A stretch of DNA of 64,000 nt, taken from the NCBI GenBank assembly GCA_964533935.1, contig CAZHOG010000001.1:35702-99701 (forward strand), in the 5' to 3' direction. Position 1 is the stretch's first letter; each line of letters starts with the position of its first letter. The stretch is from an uncultured Muribaculaceae bacterium. Lineage in GTDB: Bacteria > Bacillota_I > Bacilli_A > RF39 > UBA660. Below the pieces are notes generated by a model. That model did no database searches, had not been told where the DNA came from, and saw nothing but the letters and a program-made list of their open reading frames with translations. Positions 20,011 through 30,100 of this stretch are shown here, piece after piece. Position numbers and translations under genes: made by a program.

Positions 20011-22566
20011 TTATAATTTAAAATCATCTAAGAAATCATCCATTGTAAATTCTTTTACTTTTTCTTGTGTTTCATCATTTAATTCTTCAGTTTCACTAAC
20101 ATTTTCATTTTTTTCTTTTTTCTCTAGATATGATGTTTTAGAAGTTTTTAAGAATACTTCATCAATATTATATTTAGAAATATTTGAACCAGTTGAAGCC
20201 AAATCCATTATTGCTATATCACTATTTTTAATTTCTCTTATTTCACTATCTGATTTTATACATATAGTATCTCTAGAATTTGTAATAAATGCATTGATAA
20301 TTTCATAATTAGCAGATTTAACTTTTTTCATTAATAGTGTTCCGCGTTTTGCTCTTGTTAAATTAGCAAAATCACTTATCTTAATTCTTTTACCAGTTTT
20401 ATTATTTGTAATAATATTTAAATATTCATCTTTATCACTTAAGCTACAACAAGATATTAACTCATCATCTTTTAAATTAATTCCTTTAACTCCCACAGCT
20501 TTAGGTCCAACAACTGGAATTTCACTTGAATCAAATTTTAAATAATAACCAATTTTTGTAGTTAATATAACTTCTTTATCATCGTAAACAACTGATACAA
20601 GTTCATCATCTTCTTTTAATTTCATAGCAGTCATTGGTTTAGAATATCTAGTGACTATGAAATCCTCAAGTTTTGATTTTTTAATCAAACCATTTTTAGA
20701 AGCCATAATTATAACATCATCTTTGTTTGATAATACTAGTGATCCTACTACTTTTTCATCAGGAGAAATCATAACTATATTATTAATATGCTTTCCTAAT
20801 TCTTTCCATTTAACATCTGGAATAGTATGAACCGGAACAAATAGATATCTTCCTTGACTAGTGAATATCAAAATATTATCTAAAGTAGAAACTTCATAAA
20901 AACCTTTTATATAGTCTCCAGGCTTTAGTGTAGTTTCTTCATTATTACTTGCAGCATATGATTTTTGACTAACTTTCTTAATATATCCTTCATTTGTAAC
21001 TATTACTATTACATTTTCTTTTGGAATAATACTCTTCATATCAAGTTTAATTTCTGTAACTTCATCTTTAATTTGAGTACGTCTGTCATTCCCATATTCT
21101 TTTTTAATTAATTTTAATTCTGTTTTCATAACATGTTTTAATGCTTCTTCATTATTTAATATTTGAGTCCAAATATTAATATTCTTTTCAAGTTCAGCCA
21201 TGGTATTTTTAACATCAATTATATCTGTATTAGTTAAACGATATAATTGTAATTCTACTATTGCTTTAGCTTGTTCTTCAGTAAATTCAAATTCTTTAAC
21301 TAAATTAGCCATAGCATCAGCTTTATTATTACTAGCTCTAATAACTCTAATTACATCATCTAAAATACTTATTGCTTTAACTAAACCTTCTAAAATATGA
21401 TATCTTGCTTTAGCAGCATTCAAATCAAATCTTGTACGTCTTGTTACAACTTCTTTTTGATGATTAATAAAAGCATCAAGTATTTCAAGTAAACCAACTA
21501 ATTTTGGTCTTCTATTTACAATAGCAACCATATTAAAATTGTAATTGATTTGTAATTCAGTATTTTTTAATAAATAATTTAAAACTAATTGCGCATCAGC
21601 TCCAGATTTTAAATCAATTACTATTCTAGCTAAATTCTCATGATCTGATTCATCTATAACCTCATTAATTCCTTCAATTTTTTTATCAAGTCTAATTTCA
21701 TTTATTTTTTTAATTAATTGTTCTTTGATAACTTCATAAGGAATAGATTTTATTATTATTTGTTGTTTACTTCCTGATTTAACAATTTCTGTATCTGCTT
21801 TAACAACTACTTTACCTTTACCACTGGTGTAGGCATCTATTAAACCATTTTTGCCTTCAACTACTCCACCAGTAGGAAAATCAGGTCCAATTAATGTTTC
21901 CATAATTGTTTCTAATTTACAATTAGGTGAATCAATTCTTTTAATTGTTGCATCAATTACTTCACTTAAATTATGTGGAGGAATATTTGTTGCATAACCT
22001 GCGCTTATTCCTGTTGAGCCATTAACTAAAAGATTAGGAAATGAAGCAGGTAAAACAGTTGGTTCTAATTCTGTATCATCAAAATTATAAGTCATTTTAA
22101 CAGTATCTTTATTAATTGATTCCAACATTACTTCAGCAAATTTAGATAATCTTGCTTCGGTATAACGCATTGCAGCAGGGCCATCGCCATCAATACTACC
22201 ATTATTACCATGAATATCAATGAATGTTTCACGCATTTTCCATTTTTGACTCATACGTATTAAAGCATCATAAATTGAAGAATCACCATGTGGATGGAAT
22301 TTTCCCATGATATCTCCAACTGCTCTTGCACTTTTACGATATGGTTTATCATAAGTAAAATGAGAAGCGAACATAGCAAATAAAATACGTCTTTGAACTG
22401 GCTTTAAACCATCTCTAACATCTGGCAAAGCTCTTTCTTGAATAATTTCTTTAGAATATCTTCCAAAACAATCACCCATTATTTCTTCTAAGCTATAGTC
22501 AAATATTTTTTCAATTATAGTTTGTTCTTCTTTTTTCTTTGCCATTTTATCACTTCCTAAAGTCAT
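20011..22566 (-). CDS. parC: Type IIA topoisomerase subunit A. It is more likely topoisomerase IV ParC than GyrA.
   Basis: It has the catalytic Tyr region and breakage-reunion domain (QRRILFAM ... AAMRYTE) and an acidic C-terminal tail. No GyrA-box (QRRGGKG) is found in the first blade of the C-terminal domain. It overlaps the upstream B-subunit gene by 17 nt. Confidence 0.6.
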   Translation of the reverse strand: MTLGSDKMAKKKEEQTIIEKIFDYSLEEIMGDCFGRYSKEIIQERALPDVRDGLKPVQRRILFAMFASHFTYDKPYRKSARAVGDIMGKFHPHGDSSIYDALIRMSQKWKMRETFIDIHGNNGSIDGDGPAAMRYTEARLSKFAEVMLESINKDTVKMTYNFDDTELEPTVLPASFPNLLVNGSTGISAGYATNIPPHNLSEVIDATIKRIDSPNCKLETIMETLIGPDFPTGGVVEGKNGLIDAYTSGKGKVVVKADTEIVKSGSKQQIIIKSIPYEVIKEQLIKKINEIRLDKKIEGINEVIDESDHENLARIVIDLKSGADAQLVLNYLLKNTELQINYNFNMVAIVNRRPKLVGLLEILDAFINHQKEVVTRRTRFDLNAAKARYHILEGLVKAISILDDVIRVIRASNNKADAMANLVKEFEFTEEQAKAIVELQLYRLTNTDIIDVKNTMAELEKNINIWTQILNNEEALKHVMKTELKLIKKEYGNDRRTQIKDEVTEIKLDMKSIIPKENVIVIVTNEGYIKKVSQKSYAASNNEETTLKPGDYIKGFYEVSTLDNILIFTSQGRYLFVPVHTIPDVKWKELGKHINNIVMISPDEKVVGSLVLSNKDDVIIMASKNGLIKKSKLEDFIVTRYSKPMTAMKLKEDDELVSVVYDDKEVILTTKIGYYLKFDSSEIPVVGPKAVGVKGINLKDDELISCCSLSDKDEYLNIITNNKTGKRIKISDFANLTRAKRGTLLMKKVKSANYEIINAFITNSRDTICIKSDSEIREIKNSDIAIMDLASTGSNISKYNIDEVFLKTSKTSYLEKKEKNENVSETEELNDETQEKVKEFTMDDFLDDFKL

Positions 22567-24457
22567 CTTCTAATGTGAAGTCAACATTTTCTTCAATCCA
22601 TTCCTTACGTGGTTCTACTTTATCTCCCATAAGTACACGAACTCTTTTTTCAGCCAATGCTGCATCTGTAATAGATACACGCATTAATCTTCTATTATGA
22701 GGATCCATAGTTGTCTCAAATAATTCATCAGCATTCATTTCACCTAATCCTTTGAATCGTTGTATTTTAGGATTTCCTCTTACTTTCTTTTTAGCAGTTT
22801 CTAATTCTTCATCAGTTGCAATATATTCTTTTCCATGAGATGTCTCAATTGAATATAAAGGTGGAGTTGCTATATAAAGCATTCCTTGTTCAATTAATGG
22901 TCTCATAAAGCGATAGAAGAATGTAATTAATAATATTTGAATATGTGATCCATCAACATCGGCATCGGTCATGATTATTACTTTTCCATAATTACTTTCA
23001 GTATAATCAAATTCAGCACCTAATCCTGCTCCTAATGCATATTCAATTTGTTTTAATTCAGCATTTGCAGATATTTCATGAGCAGATGCTTTTTCACAAT
23101 TCAATACTTTACCACGTAATGGTAAGATAGCTTGCGTTTCACGATTTCTAAATAATTTAGCAGAACCACCGGCACTATCTCCTTCGACTAAGAATAATTC
23201 ATTCTTAGCATAATTCTTACCAGTAGCTTTTGCTAACTTCTCACTTAATAATCTTTCTTTAGAAGCCTTACCAGTACCTTTTCTAGCAGCTTCACGAGCT
23301 TTTCTTGCAGCTTCACGAGCTAATTTACTCTTAGAAGCTTTTTCAATAATAGATAATGCTATTTCCTTATTTTCTTCTAAGAAGAATTTTAAATTATCGT
23401 ATGTAACAGATTCAGTAACATTTCTAGCTTCTGGAGTTCCTAATTTACCTTTAGTTTGTCCTTCAAATTGTAATAAATTTTCAGGAATCTTTAGATTAAT
23501 AACAGCAGTTAGTCCCTCACGAACATCACTTCCATCGAATGTTCCATCTTTTGTTTTAATTAAATTATAAGCTTTAGCATAATCATTAAAAGCTTTAGTA
23601 ATACCAGTTTTAAATCCTACTTCGTGTGATCCACCATCAGTAGTTTTAACATTATTAACAAATGATTCAATGCTTTCGTTATAAGATTCCGTATATTGCA
23701 TTGCAATATCAACTTCAATAGTATTCTTAGTTCCATTAAAATTAATTACTTTATGTAAAGTCTTTTTATTTTCATTAATATATTCAACAAAATTTGTTAT
23801 ACCTTTTTCATAATGAAAATGAGCTTCTCTTTTGTCTAATTCATCTATTACATCTATGGTAACAGCAGGTAATAAAAATGCACTTTCTTGCATTCTTTCA
23901 CAAATAGTTGTATAAGAAAAATTACAATTTTTAAAAATACTATAATCTGGTAAGAAAGTAACACTAGTTCCAGTCTTTTTAGAATCACCGATAGATTTTA
24001 AAGGAGATTCAACTTCACCACCATTGCAGAATCTAATATTAGAAATTTTTCCATCTCTGAAAATAGTTACATCCATTCTTTTTGATAAAGCATTAACAAC
24101 AGAGCCACCAACACCATGTAATCCACCAGAAACTTTATAATTATCTTCTTCAAATTTACCACCAGCATGTAATATAGTATAAATTACTTCCGGAGTAGAC
24201 TTGCCACTTTCATGCATTCCAGTTGGAACACCACGGCCATTATCTGTAACAGTAATAGACATATCTTTATTCAAAGTGATTTTAATATGATTACCATAAC
24301 CATTAATAACTTCATCAATAGAATTATCTACAATTTCCCAAACCAAATGATGTAGACCTCTTTTATCAGTTGAACCAATATACATACCAGGTCTTTTTCT
24401 AACTGCCTCTAATCCTTCTAGAATTTTTATTGATGATGCATCGTATTTATTTGCCAT
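22550..24457 (-). CDS. parE: Type IIA topoisomerase subunit B (ParE/GyrB)
   Basis: It has the GHKL ATPase N-terminus (LEGLEAVRKRPGMYIGS ... HHLVWEIVDNSIDE) and the TOPRIM motifs (EGDSAGG, DADVDGSHI). Confidence 0.6.
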   Translation of the reverse strand: MANKYDASSIKILEGLEAVRKRPGMYIGSTDKRGLHHLVWEIVDNSIDEVINGYGNHIKITLNKDMSITVTDNGRGVPTGMHESGKSTPEVIYTILHAGGKFEEDNYKVSGGLHGVGGSVVNALSKRMDVTIFRDGKISNIRFCNGGEVESPLKSIGDSKKTGTSVTFLPDYSIFKNCNFSYTTICERMQESAFLLPAVTIDVIDELDKREAHFHYEKGITNFVEYINENKKTLHKVINFNGTKNTIEVDIAMQYTESYNESIESFVNNVKTTDGGSHEVGFKTGITKAFNDYAKAYNLIKTKDGTFDGSDVREGLTAVINLKIPENLLQFEGQTKGKLGTPEARNVTESVTYDNLKFFLEENKEIALSIIEKASKSKLAREAARKAREAARKGTGKASKERLLSEKLAKATGKNYAKNELFLVEGDSAGGSAKLFRNRETQAILPLRGKVLNCEKASAHEISANAELKQIEYALGAGLGAEFDYTESNYGKVIIMTDADVDGSHIQILLITFFYRFMRPLIEQGMLYIATPPLYSIETSHGKEYIATDEELETAKKKVRGNPKIQRFKGLGEMNADELFETTMDPHNRRLMRVSITDAALAEKRVRVLMGDKVEPRKEWIEENVDFTLEDDFRK

Positions 24458-24629
24458 AATTTCAACTACTCTCTATTAATTCTCTTTTTCTATTGTAAAA
24501 TAAAAACCAGTAAAAAATCAAGTTTTTACTAGTATTTAGTCAACTTATACCCTTATTCTTTTTACTTCTTTAATAATTATACCCTATTTTCCAATTAATT
24601 CCAAATCATTTTCAAAAATATTCCTTAAT

Positions 24630-24656
24630 AAATAAAAAAAGATACATAAGTATCTT
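24630..24656 (-). terminator. Rho-independent terminator after the TasA-like gene
   Basis: On the minus strand the hairpin AGATAC-TTAT-GTATCT is followed by TTTTTTT. Confidence 0.45.
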
Positions 24657-24660
24657 AATA

Positions 24661-25956
24661 TTATAATTCATCAGCTGATATTGTAATAACTGGGCGAACT
24701 CCAAAATTATTAGGATTATAATAATATATATCATAATAAAACTTACCGTTTTTATTAATACGCCAAGCACTTGAAGTATCATAAGAAGACATAGTCCAAT
24801 ATGATGTTGAGAAAATAAACGTAGGGGCTAATGTACAAGATTCATTGCTTGAGGAACATCCTAAAGTTTCTAATTCTTCTTTTGTTATAAGACTTGCATT
24901 ATTTATTGTCGCTCCCAATAATTCTAATTTTGTTTTATATGTATTTACATATCCTTCAACTATACTTCCTGTGTAATCGCTATAATTTATTCCCTTTTTT
25001 TCATCTGTTGAAAATGCTGTTCCACCATTTCTTAAATCTTGAACAGATACATATCCTAACATTGTGCTATCTTGTATTCCAGTTGCTTCAGCCCCATAAG
25101 CAGTATAAGTACTTGTCGAATTATCATACGTTCCGCCAACATACAAATTATATTGAGCTAATGCTTTAATATTCGTACCATCATTTGATATAACATAAAA
25201 ACTTTCTGTATCAAAAGTAATTAAATCACCAATATCAGCAATTCCATTGTTATTTTCATCATTTGTTAATTTCCATGATTTATTTAAAATACTTGAACTT
25301 GTTGTTGAAGTAACTAATATTTTTGCTTCAAAATTTTGATTCATTGTAGAAGGATCTTCAACAGATTCATCTACCCATAAATATAGAGCATATGACTTAG
25401 ATTCTCCTGCTTTAACTGCCAATGTATTATCTTCATTCATAGTAGCTGCTTTTAAGCTTCCTGTTGTCAAAATATAAGAGTTTGCAATCGTAAATGTATT
25501 ATTGTTTGCATCAGTATATTCGTAATTAGTATAATCATCATATTTTTTTTGCGAAGAAACCAATGATGGGCCAGTAACATTATTTGATTCATCAACTAAT
25601 TCAAAATCAATTAATGGTTCTAAAACACTTGAACCATTGGTATTTAATGTTACATTATAATTCATATCTATTGAGCAATTATTTGTAATAGATAAAGAAT
25701 AAGGTGATTTACTTAAAGCTTCTGTTTCTGTCATTGGATATGTATTTTGTAAATTAATTGAATTACCACTTTCACTTAATTGAAAAGAGAAGCATCCTGA
25801 ATTAATTTCATTTGTATCAGTTTGACTATAATTTTTTTGCCAATAAGCATATGTAATGCCAGTAATTAATACTGCTACTAATAAAAATACTAAAACGCTC
25901 ATTAAAGTAATTCCAACTATATTTGTTTTCTTCATTTTTTTTATAAAGTTTTCCAT
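24661..25956 (-). CDS. Secreted protein with a TasA/camelysin-like N-terminal domain and a SipW-cognate-type signal peptide (paralog A)
   Basis: The N-terminal TM segment is followed by GITYAYWQKN. This parallels the TasA/CalY GGTWAAFND motif and the SipW-cognate consensus. The protein is Ser/Thr/Asn-rich and extracellular. Its C-terminal Cys-containing domain (LGCSSSNESC ... TSSAWRINKNGK) is shared with the gene at 53239..54132. Confidence 0.55.
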   Translation of the reverse strand: MENFIKKMKKTNIVGITLMSVLVFLLVAVLITGITYAYWQKNYSQTDTNEINSGCFSFQLSESGNSINLQNTYPMTETEALSKSPYSLSITNNCSIDMNYNVTLNTNGSSVLEPLIDFELVDESNNVTGPSLVSSQKKYDDYTNYEYTDANNNTFTIANSYILTTGSLKAATMNEDNTLAVKAGESKSYALYLWVDESVEDPSTMNQNFEAKILVTSTTSSSILNKSWKLTNDENNNGIADIGDLITFDTESFYVISNDGTNIKALAQYNLYVGGTYDNSTSTYTAYGAEATGIQDSTMLGYVSVQDLRNGGTAFSTDEKKGINYSDYTGSIVEGYVNTYKTKLELLGATINNASLITKEELETLGCSSSNESCTLAPTFIFSTSYWTMSSYDTSSAWRINKNGKFYYDIYYYNPNNFGVRPVITISADEL

Positions 25957-26002
25957 GTGATTGCCACCTCTACTATATATTTATAATTATACAAAATATA
26001 AA

Positions 26003-26033
26003 TAAAAAAGACAATGAAATAATTATTCATTGC
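26003..26033 (-). terminator. Rho-independent terminator downstream of ruvB
   Basis: On the minus strand CAATGAA-(7-nt loop)-TTCATTG is followed by TCTTTTTTATTT. A sigma-A-like promoter follows before the TasA-like gene: TTGTCT, a 17-nt spacer, then TATAAT at 25986-25991. Confidence 0.45.
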
Positions 26034-27024
26034 CTTTAAAATCTAATCCTAAATGTTTATATGATTTTTCACAAGCTACTCTACCTCTTTGAGTTCTTTT
26101 AACAAATCCTTCTTGTAATAAAAATGGTTCTACGACATCCTCTATAGTTGTTTCTTCTTCACCAATAGAAGTTGCAATAGTTTGAACACCAACAGGACCA
26201 CCATTAAATTTATTGATTAATGCTAATAAATATTCTTTATCAATTTGATCTAAGCCTTCATCATCAACTTTTAATCTTTTTAACGATTCTAGAGTAATAT
26301 CTTTTGTAATTATAGACCCATTTTCTACTAAAGCAAAATCTCTTACACGTTTAAATAATCTATTAGCTATTCTAGGCGTTTTACGACTTCTTCTTGCAAG
26401 TTCTAATACTGCATCATCTTCAATAGGCATATTTAAAACTCTACTTGTACGTTTAATAATATCTCCTAATTCTTCAACACTATAATAATTAAGCTTAGAA
26501 ACTATTCCAAATCTATCTCGCAAAGGTGCTGAAATATCCCCAGATCTAGTAGTAGCTCCTACAAGAGTAAATGGTGGTAAATCTATTTTTAAGCTTCTAC
26601 TTTTGCCATCTGTACCAATAATAATATCCAATTCAAAATCTTCCATAGCGGGATATAATATTTCTTCAATATATCTTGGCATACGGTGTATTTCATCAAT
26701 AAATAATACATCTCCTGGTTCAAGATTAGATAATATAGCTGCTAAATCTCCTGGTTTTTCAATTGAAGGTCCACTTGCAGTTTTAATATCACTACCAAGT
26801 TCATTGGCAATAATATGAGCTAGTGTTGTTTTTCCTAAACCAGGAGGACCATATAATAAAACATGATCTAATACTTCATCACGCATCTTGCATGCTTTAA
26901 TAAATACTCTAATATTTTCTTTAACTTCTGTTTGGCCAACATATTCATCTAAATATTCTGGTCTAATATTAGAATCTAAAGTATCAGTAATCAATTCTTC
27001 TTGATCAATTATTCTTTCTTCCAT
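26023..27024 (-). CDS. ruvB: Holliday junction branch migration helicase RuvB
   Basis: It has the AAA+ motifs ([19 protein letters not shown], sensor regions) and RuvB-specific C-terminal domains. Confidence 0.95.
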   Translation of the reverse strand: MEERIIDQEELITDTLDSNIRPEYLDEYVGQTEVKENIRVFIKACKMRDEVLDHVLLYGPPGLGKTTLAHIIANELGSDIKTASGPSIEKPGDLAAILSNLEPGDVLFIDEIHRMPRYIEEILYPAMEDFELDIIIGTDGKSRSLKIDLPPFTLVGATTRSGDISAPLRDRFGIVSKLNYYSVEELGDIIKRTSRVLNMPIEDDAVLELARRSRKTPRIANRLFKRVRDFALVENGSIITKDITLESLKRLKVDDEGLDQIDKEYLLALINKFNGGPVGVQTIATSIGEEETTIEDVVEPFLLQEGFVKRTQRGRVACEKSYKHLGLDFKGNE

Positions 27025-27034
27025 AAAATTCTCC

Positions 27035-27595
27035 TTATTTTAATAATAATTTAAAAGCTTCTTTAATTTGATCTTCTAATTTTTTAGATTCATCAATTTT
27101 AGGTAAAATCTTTTTGATATCACCACTTTTATAACCCAAAGCTTCAAGTGCTTCAATTAATTCAGTAAAATCACTACCAGTGGATTCACTATTAGATGCT
27201 AATTTTCCTTTTAAATCTAATATTATTTGTCTTGCTAATTTTTCACCAATCTTTGGGAATTTTGTTAAATACAAAATATTTTCTCGATCTATTGCATCTA
27301 TTATACCTTCAACTGACCCTGTAGCAAGCATTGGCATAGCTACTTTAGGTCCTAATCCTTTAACATTGATTAATTTTAAAAACAAATTTTTTTCTTCAGA
27401 AGATTTAAATCCATATAAACTAAATTCATCTTCTCTTATGTGAGAATATAAATAAACAGTTGCATCTTTATCTTTTTCATATCTAAATGGATTAGCAACA
27501 AATATTTGATAACCAATATTATTATTATCAACTACTACATAATTGCTTCCAATCTCAGTAATTATTCCTTTTATATAATTAAACATTATTATCAC
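27035..27595 (-). CDS. ruvA: Holliday junction DNA-binding protein RuvA
   Basis: It is 186 aa with an OB domain I, HhH domain II (GLGPKVA) and domain III. It is immediately upstream of ruvB. Confidence 0.9.
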   Translation of the reverse strand: MIIMFNYIKGIITEIGSNYVVVDNNNIGYQIFVANPFRYEKDKDATVYLYSHIREDEFSLYGFKSSEEKNLFLKLINVKGLGPKVAMPMLATGSVEGIIDAIDRENILYLTKFPKIGEKLARQIILDLKGKLASNSESTGSDFTELIEALEALGYKSGDIKKILPKIDESKKLEDQIKEAFKLLLK

Positions 27596-27654
27596 ATCCT
27601 AATTAATAATAGCACATGAAACTTTGTTCGTCAATTTTTAAATAAAAAAGAAGA

Positions 27655-28635
27655 TTACTTATCTCCTTCTTCTAACATAGTAGTAATAAATAAACCATAG
27701 CCTGTTTTAACTTTATCAACTACAACATGCGTTACTACACCACATATTTTATCATTTTGAACAATTGGGCTGCCTGACATTCCCTGAACAATTCCACCAG
27801 TTTCATTCAATAGTTTTTCATCAGTTATTTCAAAGCTTAAATTTTTTACTTTACTATTTTTATTTATCTTTGTAATATTTATTTCAAATTTTTCTTTATT
27901 TGTATCATTTAATACAGTATAAATATATGCCTTTCCCAATGAAATTTCATCTTTAGATGCAACCTCTATTAAACTTGAAGTATCTATTTCGCTTTTATAA
28001 TCACCAAATATACCATAAATAGTATTTTTATTTATAGTACCAAATTTATTTTTAGAATTAAATTTAGCATTTTTTTCTCCTGGACTTCCATCAATTGATT
28101 TATCAATACCTGTTATTGAACTCTCAAATATGTAACCAGTTTTTACTTCAATTCTTTTATTTGAATTACTTTCTATTATCTCATGTCCCAAACTTCCATA
28201 TATTTTCGTTTCAGGATCAATATATGAAATTGTACCAATTCCTTTGATATTATCTTTAACATATAAACCAGTTTTATAAATTCCGTTTTCACTATATAAA
28301 TGTAGTGTTGAAGTGATTTCTTCATCATTTCTTTTTATAATCAGCTCTATTTTATTATCTATTATATTTTTTTCTATAGCATTTGTAAGTTCATTTATAG
28401 AACTAATTTTTGTATCTCCAACTTGAGTAATTAAGTCCCCTACTTTTAATTCATTACTCCCTTTATTTAAAGTACCATTAACTTTATAAAATCCAATAAT
28501 TATAACCCCATTGTTTTCTATATTTATACCTATATTTTGGCCACCTAAAACTACTTTACTAGAATATGCAAAGACATTAAAAGGCAACAATAATGCCACA
28601 AATAATGAGACTATTTTATACTTAATATTTTTCAT
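27655..28635 (-). CDS. SpoIVB-like S55 serine peptidase with a PDZ domain
   Basis: It has a signal peptide, a PDZ-like region (VGDLITQVGDTKI) and the catalytic-serine motif GGIVQGMSGSPIVQN..CGVVTHV. That motif is typical of the sporulation peptidase SpoIVB. Confidence 0.65.
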   Translation of the reverse strand: MKNIKYKIVSLFVALLLPFNVFAYSSKVVLGGQNIGINIENNGVIIIGFYKVNGTLNKGSNELKVGDLITQVGDTKISSINELTNAIEKNIIDNKIELIIKRNDEEITSTLHLYSENGIYKTGLYVKDNIKGIGTISYIDPETKIYGSLGHEIIESNSNKRIEVKTGYIFESSITGIDKSIDGSPGEKNAKFNSKNKFGTINKNTIYGIFGDYKSEIDTSSLIEVASKDEISLGKAYIYTVLNDTNKEKFEINITKINKNSKVKNLSFEITDEKLLNETGGIVQGMSGSPIVQNDKICGVVTHVVVDKVKTGYGLFITTMLEEGDK

Positions 28636-28710
28636 ACTACCACCTATTACTATTATGTGTATATCTATTTAATATATAATTTGTAATAATTGGCATAAAA
28701 AAATCAACCT

Positions 28711-30024
28711 TTATTTGGTTAATTTTCTAGCATCATCTAATTGTTTAAAATATGTATTTCTTCTTAATTTATTTAAAGCTGAGCTTTCAATTTGTCTTAT
28801 TCTTTCTCGAGTAACACCCATCATACTGCCAATTTCTTCCAATGTATAAACTCGTCCATCATAAAATCCCATTCTATAAAATACTATTTTAAATTCTCTT
28901 TCATTTAAAATTGATTTTAAAGCTTCTACTGTTTGAACTGATGATAAATTATCTAATGCAGTTTTTTCAACGTTTATTGGAGATTCAATAAAATCTTCTA
29001 AGCAAACCTTATCATTGTGTTCTTCTGACACTACTGAATTTAAAGACACCATATCATTTTGATATTTATTTATAATTTCAATATCTTTTATTGAAAAACC
29101 AGTCAATTTGGAAAGCTCTTCGAGTGATGGTTGACGATTATTTTCAGAAACAAATTTAAATACAATAGCTTTTAACTTAACTGTTTTCGATTGTAAGTGT
29201 ACTGGTTTTCTAATTGTTGCACAAAAATTATAATAATATCTACCTACATAGTGTTCAATCCAATTAACAGCATAAGTTGAAAACTTAAAACCTAATTTAT
29301 AATTAAAGCTTTTTATTGCTCTTTCTAATCCAAAATATCCTTCTTGAATAACATCATCTAATTCAATCTTGCTTTTTCCTTGAGGGTTTATACGCTTGTA
29401 ATAAAAATTAGAAGCAATAAATCTAACTAAAGGAAGATTTTTTTCAATAATAATGCTTTTGTATTCTTCATAATTATTTGAATCTTTTTCTAAAGCTTCA
29501 AATAATTTTTGCTCTTCAGCAAAGGTTAATGTAGAAACTTTTGAAATGGATTGATCATCAGTTTCAACTATTTCAATATTATTTTTATCTAAATACAAAG
29601 TAATAATTGTTTTAAAATTAACATCTTCACCATAAAATGAATCAATATAATCAGATTTAACTGCTTTTTTATTACCAACTACTTTTTCTAAAAACATATT
29701 AAATTTAGGCAAATTCATTATTACATTTGCTTCTTCTAAAGAAAGTTCATATTCATAACGATTTAAAAAAGAAAAAAATTGAATAAATTTACTTGCTAAT
29801 GTAGTAGCAGTAGCTTCACCATCAAATGGAATAGACTCGAATTGTTTAATTATTATAGGTAATGATAAATTATTCTTTAAATATATATTTACTGCTTTAT
29901 GTACACCAGCTTTTGTTAATTCTTTTTTCGGTATAGAATTATATACTTTTTTTAAATCACTTTCATTCTCAAAATAGTTTGCGTAACTCTGTAATGCTTC
30001 TTTATATGACATTGTTTCATTCAT
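28711..30024 (-). CDS. Sigma-70 family RNA polymerase sigma factor with a ~190-aa N-terminal extension
   Basis: Region 2 is present (DVIQEGYFGLERAIKSFNYKLGFKFSTYAVNWIEHY) and so is region 4 ([30 protein letters not shown]). The first ~190 aa do not resemble sigma regions. Confidence 0.7.
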   Translation of the reverse strand: MNETMSYKEALQSYANYFENESDLKKVYNSIPKKELTKAGVHKAVNIYLKNNLSLPIIIKQFESIPFDGEATATTLASKFIQFFSFLNRYEYELSLEEANVIMNLPKFNMFLEKVVGNKKAVKSDYIDSFYGEDVNFKTIITLYLDKNNIEIVETDDQSISKVSTLTFAEEQKLFEALEKDSNNYEEYKSIIIEKNLPLVRFIASNFYYKRINPQGKSKIELDDVIQEGYFGLERAIKSFNYKLGFKFSTYAVNWIEHYVGRYYYNFCATIRKPVHLQSKTVKLKAIVFKFVSENNRQPSLEELSKLTGFSIKDIEIINKYQNDMVSLNSVVSEEHNDKVCLEDFIESPINVEKTALDNLSSVQTVEALKSILNEREFKIVFYRMGFYDGRVYTLEEIGSMMGVTRERIRQIESSALNKLRRNTYFKQLDDARKLTK

Positions 30025-30100
30025 GTTTTCACCCCATCAAATTAGGAAATATTGTATCTCATATGGGTATTAAAGTCAAATAAAAAATCCTATCAAGGAT

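Noticed and set aside
21200-21400. A 66-aa plus-strand ORF inside the topoisomerase A gene
   Set aside because: It is antisense within a conserved gene.
24894-25169. A 91-aa plus-strand ORF inside the TasA-like gene
   Set aside because: It is antisense and has a Leu/His/Phe-rich composition that is an artefact of the AT-rich complement.
26603-27443. Plus-strand ORFs (26603..26818, 27180..27443) inside ruvB/ruvA
   Set aside because: They are antisense within conserved genes.
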